A DNA stretch of 64,000 nucleotides from Candidatus Omnitrophota bacterium (GTDB lineage Bacteria > Omnitrophota > Gorgyraeia > JAFGHF01): contig JBHPFV010000003.1 of assembly GCA_042571705.1 (NCBI GenBank), forward strand, positions 28,298 through 92,297, written 5' to 3'. This document shows positions 25,356 to 34,493 of this stretch, piece by piece. Made by a program: the position numbers and the translations under genes. Positions within the stretch are counted from its first letter, which is position 1. Every line of letters begins with the position of its first letter. Below the pieces are notes generated by a model, which was not told where the DNA came from, made no database searches, and saw only the letters and a program-made list of their open reading frames with translations.

Positions 25356-27161
25356 CTATATAGTTTCCAGCATTTCTTCTATAGTCTCTCTTTCAAAAAA
25401 TGCAGCATAAATCTCCCCCATTTGCAGTAATTGATTATGCGTGCCGCTCTCTACAGCCTGCCCGTTTATCAGAACCATAATCAGGTCGGCATTTTTAGCC
25501 GAGGCTATCCTATTAGCGATAAAAATGATGGTGCAGCCTTGCATTTCTCTGGTTAAGTTTTTTAATATCTTTTTTTCCGTACCGGCATCTACCTGCGAGA
25601 GGGCATTATCAAAAAGTAAAATTTTGGGCCGGATAATAACTGAGCGAGCGATAGCAATCCTTTGCTTTTGTCCACCCGAAAGGGTAACTCCTCTTTCTCC
25701 GATTAAGGTTTCATACCCGTAAGGAAATTCGTCTATATCTTTTTCAATATCAGCAATATTAACAGCCCTGCGCAAAGTCTCTTTGGTTGCCCCAGGGACC
25801 CCAAAACAAATATTGTCTCTTATACTTCCCGAAAATAAGAAGGGTTCCTGGGAAACGTAACCAATATTTCTTCTTAAGACATTTAAAGGAATCTCTTCAA
25901 TGGGATGGTTATCGACAAAAATCGTCTTTTGAGGTGCGCTATATGAACGGGCGATTAAATTAACTAATGTCGATTTGCCTGCACCAATATTGCCGATAAT
26001 CGCTATATTCTTTCCTTTTTCGAATTTTATATTTATATTACGGAGAATAGCTCTATCCTTTTCAAAAGAGAAGTTTAAATTGTTCAATCTTATTTCCCCT
26101 GCTATAGCGCTGATGCCATGATTGATTTTTTCAGAATCTTCAATATCGGGCTTTTGTAGGAGGATCTCGTTAATTCTTTCCAGGCGAGCCCGGGCCTGTT
26201 GAAAACGGCTGATTGAGACGCCAAGCAATAGCACAGGCCAAGTCAGATGGCTTAATTGATAAAAGAAAGCGGCAAATTTGCCCGGGGTTATCCTTCCGGA
26301 AATAATCAGACTGCAGCCAAATCCTAAAAATATTAACTGACTTAAACCGATAAGAAATCCGCACAAAGACATTCCCAGGCCGTAGATTTTATGAAAAGAC
26401 ATATTTTTCCTGAAGTGTTCTCTGTTCACCTTTCGGTAATTGATGATTTGATTGTCTTCGTTAACGTATGACTTAACTATTCTGATGCCGGAGAGATTCT
26501 CCTGGATCTCGGAGCTGAGCAGGCCAAAATGTTTTTGAATTATCCGCCTGTGCCTAAGACCGTATTTACTAAAAATATATGCGGCAATTGATACGCCCAC
26601 CAAGGGAACCAGTGCGTAAATAACCAACTCTTTCCCGATAATAAATAGATAAATAACGGAAATCGGAGCTAAAATGAAATAATTTCCCAGAGCAATACCT
26701 GCGCTGGCGAACTCATCGATACACCTGATATCGTCACTGAACCTAGCCATAATATCGCCGGTGTTCTGTTGGTGGTAATATGACTGCGAGAGTCTTTGCA
26801 GATGAGAAAAGAGCCGACTTCTTAAATCGCATTCAATTCTTTTGGCAGTGGACATAATTAGAAATTGGAAAAAGTATATAAAAGGCAAGCGAGTAATATT
26901 TACTAAAAGATACAAAGAGGCAAAAAAGACTAAAATACCACCTTTTGAATCTATATGCAGATACACAAAGACCTTTTGCAATAAACCAGGCTGGAGGTAG
27001 TCTTCTTTAAGAACATTAAAACCCTGATTGATAATTATCGGTTCACAGATTTGAATCAGATTACTGAAAACCAAGAGCAGGAATCCAAAGAGTAAAATTC
27101 TTTTATGCTTTAGGACGTGTTCCTTTAATGGCATCAGATTTGCTAACGTCTTACTCTTCAT
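25356..27161 (-). CDS. ABC exporter half-transporter with a degenerate catalytic site (partner subunit)
   Basis: TMD-NBD layout. Walker A GNIGAGKST and signature LSGGQKQR. Walker B reads ILLFDNALS (catalytic Glu replaced by Asn) and the H-loop reads IANRIAS (His replaced by Asn). Confidence 0.9.
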   Translation of the reverse strand: MKSKTLANLMPLKEHVLKHKRILLFGFLLLVFSNLIQICEPIIINQGFNVLKEDYLQPGLLQKVFVYLHIDSKGGILVFFASLYLLVNITRLPFIYFFQFLIMSTAKRIECDLRSRLFSHLQRLSQSYYHQQNTGDIMARFSDDIRCIDEFASAGIALGNYFILAPISVIYLFIIGKELVIYALVPLVGVSIAAYIFSKYGLRHRRIIQKHFGLLSSEIQENLSGIRIVKSYVNEDNQIINYRKVNREHFRKNMSFHKIYGLGMSLCGFLIGLSQLIFLGFGCSLIISGRITPGKFAAFFYQLSHLTWPVLLLGVSISRFQQARARLERINEILLQKPDIEDSEKINHGISAIAGEIRLNNLNFSFEKDRAILRNINIKFEKGKNIAIIGNIGAGKSTLVNLIARSYSAPQKTIFVDNHPIEEIPLNVLRRNIGYVSQEPFLFSGSIRDNICFGVPGATKETLRRAVNIADIEKDIDEFPYGYETLIGERGVTLSGGQKQRIAIARSVIIRPKILLFDNALSQVDAGTEKKILKNLTREMQGCTIIFIANRIASAKNADLIMVLINGQAVESGTHNQLLQMGEIYAAFFERETIEEMLETI

Positions 27162-27230
27162 TATCTGAGCTCCAACAGGCTTTTAAGATAAACAGAGACG
27201 ACTATTTTCAATTTTATGCAGATTGATTTC

Positions 27231-27246
27231 TGCCAGATACCTGCCA
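27231..27246 (-). promoter_or_regulatory. possible sigma54-type -24/-12 element upstream of the ABC operon
   Basis: - strand TGGCAGgtatcTGGCA has GG and GC at the canonical 12-nt register, about 70 nt upstream of the ATG at 27161. The -12 box is imperfect, and no enhancer-binding protein lies in the window. Confidence 0.25.
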
Positions 27247-27340
27247 ATTCTTCAATTTGGACTATATCAATGAGGTTAGAAAAAGGTGCGTCAGCCAGTA
27301 TTCTTTTTACCGAGAACTTTGTTTTATGCATATGCATGGA

Positions 27341-28174
27341 CTATTTAAGACTTTTTTTTAAAAATTTCAAAATTGCTCTATTTACTATTGCTGGATGTGT
27401 TTCATGCGTTGCGTGTCCGGCATAGGGAACTACAAGTAACTTTGAATTTCTTATCTTTGCCTTAAGCCAACGAGCTGATTTCAATGGAAAATAGGGATCG
27501 TTCTCACCCCAAATAAGAAGGACCTTTTTGTCTATCTTACAATTTTTGTCAAGTATATCAGCAAATTTACATTGAGCGCCGACTGCCACTAGGGCATCTC
27601 TTGCCTCTTGAGTTTTCCACATTTTAAATTGTTCACTTACTACTTTTTTAGTAACTGCCTCTCGATTACAATAACCTTCTTTTAACAAACACTCTAAAAC
27701 TTTCCTTGCCCAAGACAGGCTTTTTTTACCTTGGCTGAGATAGGTTAATGCCTTAAATCGCCTTGCTCGTGCCTTGCTGATTTTAGCTGTACCAAAGCGA
27801 GCTATGGAATTTATCACAATCAGCCGATCAACTTTTTCGGGGTGCTCTATAGTGAAGGATGTGGCCAAAGCTCCTCCCCAAGAGGCTCCAATAAGCGTGG
27901 CTTTATCAATTTTTAGAGTTTTTAAGAATCGGTAGATCAGCTTTGTGAAGAAAAAGCGGGAATAATTAATCTTAGGCTTATCTGAACGGCCAAAGCCAAT
28001 TAAGTCTAGTGCGTAAACTCTAAAATATTTAGATAGTTCAGGCAGATTTTTGCGCCAACTAAAAATATCTGTTCCAAACCCGTGGATCAGAAGTACAGGT
28101 AAGCCTTTTCCGCACACTACGTAGCGCATTTTATATCCTAAAACATCTATGTAGCTATCTTTTTTTTCCATCAT
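27341..28174 (-). CDS. alpha/beta-fold hydrolase
   Basis: HGFG oxyanion region, nucleophile elbow GASWGG, and C-terminal AGHATHE. Confidence 0.8.
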   Translation of the reverse strand: MMEKKDSYIDVLGYKMRYVVCGKGLPVLLIHGFGTDIFSWRKNLPELSKYFRVYALDLIGFGRSDKPKINYSRFFFTKLIYRFLKTLKIDKATLIGASWGGALATSFTIEHPEKVDRLIVINSIARFGTAKISKARARRFKALTYLSQGKKSLSWARKVLECLLKEGYCNREAVTKKVVSEQFKMWKTQEARDALVAVGAQCKFADILDKNCKIDKKVLLIWGENDPYFPLKSARWLKAKIRNSKLLVVPYAGHATHETHPAIVNRAILKFLKKSLK

Positions 28175-29115
28175 TTATAATATATACAGCGTTTTTTATC
28201 GACTCGAAATTTAAGACTTCTGGCAATACCCAAACTCCACCAGCACACATAGTTAAAAAATAGGCATATAGCTACAAATAACCGCGGTCTGGTATAGGCT
28301 TCAGCTATATAGTTGCTGCCTTTAATCAGCTGAAAAATCTTGACGAATATTTCAAGAAACATTACAAAAAAAGCGCGCCAATCACCGTAACGAATATATT
28401 TCATGTAGACTGCTAATCGCGATAACTCGTATTGCTTTAGTTTATCCATGGCTTCCTTGCCCCATTTCCTTACCTCAAGATGGATAACTTTAACTGAAGA
28501 TGAATCAAAAATTTTAAATCCATTCATTAGCGTCCGATAGCTATAATCGTAATCTACATTTCCTGGCAATGCTGCGCCGGTGCCCAACATTTCGTCAAAA
28601 CTACCAACCTTTTCAATTACTTCTTTTTTCACAGCCATATTGGCTCCAATACCCCGGGCATAAACCTTTGAAAAAACCCCCTTCAATAATGAATCTTTGG
28701 CCAAAAATACAGGTACAAAACCGTCGCTTGTCTTATACCCCGGAGGAGGCAGAACACTTCCGAAGACTATGCCCGCCTCCGGATTCTGCCTGAAGCTTAA
28801 GACCATATTTTCTATCCAGTCACTGTGTACCGCGCAATCGTCATCGGTAAAGGCTACAATTGTTCCCTGATATTTCTTTATACCAAAATTTTTTGCCGTA
28901 CCCAATCCCCGAGAAGAAGTTCGAAAATATCTTATTTTCGAATTAGTTTGCGCAAACCTATCTACTAAAACCTGCGTCCTGCCATTATCGCTTTGATCGA
29001 CAATAATAACTTCAAAGTCCGCATAGCTATTAGCTAATATACTATTGATTGTATGCTCTAAGTACTTTGGCCTATTGCGCGTAGAGATTATAACAGACAC
29101 CTTTTCTTTGCTCAT
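28171..29115 (-). CDS. family 2 glycosyltransferase
   Basis: VSVIISTRNR..FEVIIVDQSDNG and the DxD-type FTDDDC. Paralogous to 29857-30798 along its whole length. Confidence 0.85.
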   Translation of the reverse strand: MSKEKVSVIISTRNRPKYLEHTINSILANSYADFEVIIVDQSDNGRTQVLVDRFAQTNSKIRYFRTSSRGLGTAKNFGIKKYQGTIVAFTDDDCAVHSDWIENMVLSFRQNPEAGIVFGSVLPPPGYKTSDGFVPVFLAKDSLLKGVFSKVYARGIGANMAVKKEVIEKVGSFDEMLGTGAALPGNVDYDYSYRTLMNGFKIFDSSSVKVIHLEVRKWGKEAMDKLKQYELSRLAVYMKYIRYGDWRAFFVMFLEIFVKIFQLIKGSNYIAEAYTRPRLFVAICLFFNYVCWWSLGIARSLKFRVDKKRCIYYK

Positions 29116-29120
29116 TTGAT

Positions 29121-29678
29121 CTAGTTTGCCCTGTTTAAGATTTGTTTAATTTTTTTGGCGGCCTTGATGCTGCCGTTAATCATATGTTTGGTTTGCTTTT
29201 GCTTTAACTTTTCCAGGTGTAAATTCCTATGAATAGCTTCCAGAAGAGATTTTTTTCCAGTCCTGCGAGGATCGATCATTTCAATCAAATTCATCTTCTT
29301 TAATGCGCTGGCATGAATAAACTGTTCTTCTTCGATACGGGGATGGTGGGGCATTATAATAGAACGAACCCTGGTAGTTAAAATTTCCGCCAAGGTGTTA
29401 TATCCACTCATTCCGATAAATAAATCAGCTGTGTTCATCCAATCAGCCAAACTGTAATTTGTTCCTCCAGTAAATCTTTCTATATAAATATTTTTATTTT
29501 TCCGGATAGCCATTTGAAGATGTTTAACTTTTTCTTCAGGCATATGCGGACCCGGAAACAAGATTGTTTTTACTGTTTTGGCCATAGCAAAATGAACCTT
29601 TAGGTACAAATTCAAAATTTCAAAACCATCTATTCCGCCACCACAAGCTACGACAATCATTTTTTCTTTTCTTTTCAA
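29121..29678 (-). CDS. glycosyltransferase C-terminal (GT28/MurG-like) domain protein, probably a truncated gene
   Basis: IVVACGGGIDG.. and ..GMSGYNTLAEIL resemble the nucleotide-sugar-binding half of GT-B enzymes. The acceptor half is missing. Confidence 0.55.
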   Translation of the reverse strand: MKRKEKMIVVACGGGIDGFEILNLYLKVHFAMAKTVKTILFPGPHMPEEKVKHLQMAIRKNKNIYIERFTGGTNYSLADWMNTADLFIGMSGYNTLAEILTTRVRSIIMPHHPRIEEEQFIHASALKKMNLIEMIDPRRTGKKSLLEAIHRNLHLEKLKQKQTKHMINGSIKAAKKIKQILNRAN

Positions 29679-29692
29679 TCCTATTCGTTTCT

Positions 29693-29881
29693 TTATTTGT
29701 GAGCCTTTCGAGAGATTACGATCAAATTGGACTGAGGCATTACCTTTTTAATGCCTCTTGCCAAGGCGCATATTCTTGATAAATGACCCATACCGAAGAT
29801 ACTATGTCCATACAGCAAGATTTTCGGGCAATTAGTCTTCATTTGTCTTATCCTTTTTATCTTTTGGAGATAAATAAACAA
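29693..29881 (-). pseudogene. remnant of the N-terminal half of the same GT-B glycosyltransferase
   Basis: KILLYGHSIFGMGHLSRICALARGI is the G-x-G-H-x-x-R start of GT-B/COG4671-like transferases. It stops after 62 aa, lies in a different frame 14 nt from the 185-aa ORF, and overlaps the 3' end of the upstream GT2. Confidence 0.35.
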
Positions 29882-30798
29882 TTCTTTTGGTCAACAGAAT
29901 ATTTTAAGCTCTTTATCATTCCCAGAACAGTCCAGTACGTGATAGCCGTCCACAAAAAAAGCAATGATATCAACCGGGGCTTGTTGCCGAATGTTTGCTT
30001 GCTCGAGAGTATAAAACGCATTGCTTGGTTCATTCTCCTCACCCATCTTATAAACAGTATACGAACCGAGATAAAATCTAAACAACGTAGCTGTTTCAAA
30101 TAAACGGCTCCTATGCCTATTTCAAAACCACGCAAGACGGCCAAATAACTTTCCATATCCCGAACTCTATACATGCGGTGAGTTACGATAATCTCTCTTA
30201 CTGTAATAATCTTGAACCCAGCCTTCAAGGTCCGATATGCAAAATCTTGATCTTCACTTCCCGTCAAGGGATTTCCTGTTCCCAAAAGTTCATCGTGTCC
30301 CTTTACTTTTTGATATACTATTTTTTTAACAGATCGATTAGCAGCGTCTCCGACAAACGATAGCTTGGAGAGACGACCAGCAAATTTTCCGTTTTCAATC
30401 AGACCTCTGGCCTTTTGTGCCCCGAATAATGCCTGAGAATCTAGAACACTGCCAAATACCACGACTGCGTCCGGATTTCTTTGGAAAGCCCCTACTATCT
30501 TCTCAAGCCAGTCTTGAGCAACTATACAGTCATCATCAGTTTGGGCGATAATCACTCCCCGACTTTCTTTGATGCCCAAATTGAGCGCCTTAGTTTTACC
30601 CTTAGCTTTCATATGTAAATATGTTATGCGTTTATCCGTAGACATAAGTTTTTCTACTATTTGCGCGGTCTTTTTATCGGTACTTTGATCTACAATCAAA
30701 AACTCAAAGTCACGGTAGGTGTTATGCAAAATACTTAAAATGCAAGATTCAATAATTTCGGACCGATTACGTGTACATACAAGAACCGTAACTTTCAT
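29857..30798 (-). CDS. family 2 glycosyltransferase
   Basis: VTVLVCTRNR..FEFLIVDQSTD and QTDDDC. Confidence 0.85.
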   Translation of the reverse strand: MKVTVLVCTRNRSEIIESCILSILHNTYRDFEFLIVDQSTDKKTAQIVEKLMSTDKRITYLHMKAKGKTKALNLGIKESRGVIIAQTDDDCIVAQDWLEKIVGAFQRNPDAVVVFGSVLDSQALFGAQKARGLIENGKFAGRLSKLSFVGDAANRSVKKIVYQKVKGHDELLGTGNPLTGSEDQDFAYRTLKAGFKIITVREIIVTHRMYRVRDMESYLAVLRGFEIGIGAVYLKQLRCLDFISVRILFIRWVRRMNQAMRFILSSKQTFGNKPRLISLLFLWTAITYWTVLGMIKSLKYSVDQKNCLFISKR

Positions 30799-31799
30799 TA
30801 TCCCCTTACTTTAGTTTTTAAGAGACCTGACAAAAAACCTATTGCATACGCTATTTGTTGCACTAAGAATAAAAACGGTATACACAAAGCCATAGCCAGA
30901 CTTTTCTGCTCAACTATACAGGATATCGAAATTAAAGCAAGATAGATTAAGCCAATGAAAATATAGATTTTTAGCACAATAAAATTATTGAAGAATAACG
31001 AAAGCAATATAATTGCCAAGGGAATTATCATTAACGCAAGCGGTGGAATAAAATTAAGAAATTTCACTACTCCTTTCTCGCTTTTAGATGCAATGGCTGT
31101 TCCCTTTGCCATTCCATGCACTTGCTTTAAAAAAGACATTATTCTATCTCTTCTGAAATGATAAACAAAAGCTTCATGGCAATATAAAGATCGATATCCA
31201 GCTTTTTTAGTTTTCTCTGATAATAATGTGTCTTCTGCATATTTTTGATACAAAAATTTGCCAGTTTTGTCAAACACCTCTTTTTTTACAGCCATATTAA
31301 AACTGCGGGGAGAAAATTCTGTCAATCTTAATTTGCCTCCCCGGATTCCGCCTGTGGTAAAAAAAGATGTCATTAGGTAATTAATGCATCTGATTAAAAA
31401 TGGCGCATCCTTAGATACTGTATCGGGTCCCCCTGTTATTCCGACATCATGATTGTTCCAAAGGGGCTCTGTAATTTTCTCTATCCACTCCGGAGGTGCA
31501 ACACAATCGGTATCGGTAAATAATAATAATTTTCCCCTCGACATCTGAATTCCTTTATTTCGAGCAGCTGCCGGACCGGCATTTTCTTGTCTATGATATA
31601 GAATTGCGCAGTCTTTATGGTCTGCAATATACCTAGCTACAGCATCTTTTGTCCCATCTGTAGAGCCGTCATCGATTATAATAATTTCAAATTCCTCCCT
31701 TGGATAAGTCTGTCCTTCGAGCGAAATTAATAATTCCTTAAGCTCCTCTTGGCGATTATAAGTAGGGATAATAATGGATGCTTTAATCTCTTTTTGCAT
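30798..31799 (-). CDS. family 2 glycosyltransferase with C-terminal membrane helices
   Basis: ASIIIPTYNR..IIIIDDGSTDGT, FTDTDC, and two or three TM helices at the C-terminus. Confidence 0.85.
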   Translation of the reverse strand: MQKEIKASIIIPTYNRQEELKELLISLEGQTYPREEFEIIIIDDGSTDGTKDAVARYIADHKDCAILYHRQENAGPAAARNKGIQMSRGKLLLFTDTDCVAPPEWIEKITEPLWNNHDVGITGGPDTVSKDAPFLIRCINYLMTSFFTTGGIRGGKLRLTEFSPRSFNMAVKKEVFDKTGKFLYQKYAEDTLLSEKTKKAGYRSLYCHEAFVYHFRRDRIMSFLKQVHGMAKGTAIASKSEKGVVKFLNFIPPLALMIIPLAIILLSLFFNNFIVLKIYIFIGLIYLALISISCIVEQKSLAMALCIPFLFLVQQIAYAIGFLSGLLKTKVRG

Positions 31800-31801
31800 T
31801 A

Positions 31802-32404
31802 TTAAAAATTTAATAACACTACGTGCATAGTAGCGTCTCCACCGATTATCTTGTAGGAAGTATCTTTAATCAAGCTAAGCTCATCAGGAGTTAGCAGAAC
31901 TACTACTTTGCCATTATTTATTAAATAATTTTTTACTTGACTTAAAAAACGTTTAAGCAAAAGCACTCTTTGGCCTTTGAACAGACTATAATAGAGCCGC
32001 AGAATGAATTGATTCTTTACCGGTAAGATCGATTTTATTACATTTAAACACCGGTTAAAAGATCCGAATCTACAATGCGATATTGGCGGATTAAATATTA
32101 TCAGGTCATATTCTTTATTTACATTTTCAAAAAGGTCGGAAATATAGAAGGTAATCTTAACGCTATTTATTTTTGCGTTTTGCCTGGCACATTCTACCGC
32201 TGTCCTATTTATATCAGCGCCTTCGCAGTCAAAGCCGAGCTTTCTTAGGTAGATTGATATGAATCCGGTTCCGCAACCGACGTCTAAAGCGGATTTAAAT
32301 TTTAATTCTGGCAGAGGTCTGGCTGTAATTTCTGTTGACTCACGTACCGGATATACGCCTATGCAATTTTTTATATTGATATTATTAAAATCTTCATATA
32401 CCAT
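31802..32404 (-). CDS. class I SAM-dependent methyltransferase (small MTS/HemK-like domain)
   Basis: SAM motif LDVGCGTGFISI and the NPP-type motif IIFNPPI. Confidence 0.75.
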   Translation of the reverse strand: MVYEDFNNINIKNCIGVYPVRESTEITARPLPELKFKSALDVGCGTGFISIYLRKLGFDCEGADINRTAVECARQNAKINSVKITFYISDLFENVNKEYDLIIFNPPISHCRFGSFNRCLNVIKSILPVKNQFILRLYYSLFKGQRVLLLKRFLSQVKNYLINNGKVVVLLTPDELSLIKDTSYKIIGGDATMHVVLLNF

Positions 32405-32516
32405 GGGATCTTTATTAGATTAGCCAAAGGAATACATGCTAATGATTGTGTCTGTTATTTTATTCCATCTGGACATTTTTTTAACTAATTCATCTTCTTT
32501 ATATAAGATTAGAAAA

Positions 32517-33461
32517 TTAGTCCAATATTTCCCTAATATTTACCTTATCTCTGGTGAAGTTTTTAGTATTGATTATCATCTCACAAATTAGACCAACAGA
32601 AATGAATTGGATGCCCAGGATAAATAAAAGAACTCCAAAAGTAAGAAGGGGCCTTGTTCCTATCCCCCCCCCGCTTAAAACTATGGATAGAAGGTACAAC
32701 AGTGTCGAGCCTCCAATAAACGAGCAAAACAATCCTACAGCTCCATATAAATGCAAGGGAGACCTGGCAAATTTTGTAAGAAATAGTACCGTTAAAAGAT
32801 CTAAAAATCCATTGATAAACCTATTTGCCCCGTACTTTGATTTACCGTGGATTCGGGCAAAATTGCTTATCTTAATTTCTGTAATCACAAATCCTCTTTT
32901 TATAGCTAGTATAGGAATGAACCTATAGAGATCACCGTAAATATTGAGGTTTTTTACTACCTCGTGTCTATATGCCTTAAAAGGGCAGTTGAAATCATGA
33001 AGCTCAACTCCGGATAATAAAGAAGTAACTTTATTAAAAATTTTAGACGGTATGCGCTTAAGAAACGGACCCTTACCTGTATGTTTCCAGCCATTGGCTA
33101 GGTCGTAACCTTCGTTAATTTTATCAATGAATTTTGGAATATCTTTAGGGTCATCTTGTAGATCACCGTCCATAGTTATGACTATATCGCCATGAGCATA
33201 TGTAAACCCAGAAGAATAAGCCGCAGCTTTACCAAAATTTCTTCTATGTTTTATTATCTTAACTCTCCTATCCTTTAAGCGAACTTGCTCAAGGCGTTTA
33301 TAGGTTTCATCCATGCTACCATCATCCACAAAAATAACTTCAAAATCGTATTCTATAGAATTCATAGCTTGTCTAATTCCTTCATATACTATTTCCACGT
33401 TCTCTTCTTCATCGACAACAGGTATAACAACTGAAACTTTTTTCAAATTTTTTTGATTCAT
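32517..33461 (-). CDS. polyprenyl-phosphate glycosyltransferase (GT2; ArnC/GtrB/DPM1-like)
   Basis: VSVVIPVVDEEEN..VIFVDDGSMDET, TMDGDLQDDPKDIP, and two C-terminal TM helices, the layout of ArnC/GtrB. Confidence 0.82.
   Translation of the reverse strand: MNQKNLKKVSVVIPVVDEEENVEIVYEGIRQAMNSIEYDFEVIFVDDGSMDETYKRLEQVRLKDRRVKIIKHRRNFGKAAAYSSGFTYAHGDIVITMDGDLQDDPKDIPKFIDKINEGYDLANGWKHTGKGPFLKRIPSKIFNKVTSLLSGVELHDFNCPFKAYRHEVVKNLNIYGDLYRFIPILAIKRGFVITEIKISNFARIHGKSKYGANRFINGFLDLLTVLFLTKFARSPLHLYGAVGLFCSFIGGSTLLYLLSIVLSGGGIGTRPLLTFGVLLFILGIQFISVGLICEMIINTKNFTRDKVNIREILD
32664..32672 (-). repeat. G9 homopolymer (C9 on the + strand) inside the ArnC-like GT2 coding sequence
   Basis: Read directly. 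Encodes Gly264-266 (LSGGGIG) between the two C-terminal TM helices. Confidence 0.9.
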
Positions 33462-33476
33462 TTTTGCTCCTTTGCT

Positions 33477-34493
33477 TTACTCAACATTTAAGCTTGCAAA
33501 ACTACCGTGACACAAACGACACATTTCAATGCTTCTCTTGGATTTTAATATTCTTTCCCTGAAAGTAATATAATTTTCATTATTCCAGATATTCTCAAAT
33601 GTTTGTCCTTTCGGATAATCTAATTTACCAAAGGTATATTTTCCATGAAAATCGTAACAGCAAGGCATGACTGTTCCATCCCAATTTATCATAGAGGAAA
33701 ACCATAACCGCGAGCAGAACCTGTTCTTATTGACCTGCCTTTTAAAGCGATCGTCCTCTGTAATGAAATCTTCCTTTGTATTGCGGCCAACTGTTTTAAT
33801 GGTCAATTTATTCACACCAATTTCTTTGCTCATTCTTCTCACAAGTGGTATTTCGTGTTCGTTATACTTCATTGCGATGAATTGCAACTCAACAAAAGGC
33901 AATTTTACCCGCTTTTCCTTTTTGATTTCACTGATAGATTTAACAGATTTAACGATTTCTTTAAAATTTGCCCCTATCCTGTATTTACTTAGCGTTTCTT
34001 GACTTGCCCCATCCAAGGCAACGATTAAATTATCTAAGCCACTGTCTATTAATTTATTGATGTCTTCACGGTTTGAGAAAAAGTGTCCATTGGTACTCGT
34101 TCTAACAAATATATGCTTAGCTTTGGCATATTTGATCATATCGTAGATTCCTTTGGCCATAAAAGGTTCGCCATAACCCCAAAGGGTGAGATGCATTACT
34201 TTATCTCCAAACTCATCAATGATATTTTTAAACAAACTTAACTGCATTATCCCTTTCTCTCTTTGTAAACTACCATTGCCAGTCGGGCATAAAGGGCATT
34301 TAAGGTTGCAGTAGGTTGTAGGTTCAATCATCAAGGCTGGAGGGTAACCCCAGATTCTTTTTAGCCTCAAAAGATAAGAAACAGATACGCATAAAAAGTT
34401 GATTATTCTCTTTACGGTTAGCACTCTTTTCTTTAAGAATAAAATAGCTAGTTGGATTTTACTAGTAATATCAACTCTTCTAAAAAATCTCAT
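33477..34493 (-). CDS. radical SAM enzyme with a SPASM-like C-terminal Cys cluster
   Basis: CNLKCPLCP (CxxxCxxC), plus C-terminal CSRLW..MPCCYD..MCRLCHG cysteines. Confidence 0.82.
   Translation of the reverse strand: MRFFRRVDITSKIQLAILFLKKRVLTVKRIINFLCVSVSYLLRLKRIWGYPPALMIEPTTYCNLKCPLCPTGNGSLQREKGIMQLSLFKNIIDEFGDKVMHLTLWGYGEPFMAKGIYDMIKYAKAKHIFVRTSTNGHFFSNREDINKLIDSGLDNLIVALDGASQETLSKYRIGANFKEIVKSVKSISEIKKEKRVKLPFVELQFIAMKYNEHEIPLVRRMSKEIGVNKLTIKTVGRNTKEDFITEDDRFKRQVNKNRFCSRLWFSSMINWDGTVMPCCYDFHGKYTFGKLDYPKGQTFENIWNNENYITFRERILKSKRSIEMCRLCHGSFASLNVE

Noticed and set aside
27216-27425. 69-aa + strand ORF in the intergenic region before the ABC operon; also the 95-aa + ORF at 62456-62743
   Set aside because: Both run across intergenic DNA into the ends of opposite-strand genes. 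They have no RBS and no recognisable sequence features.
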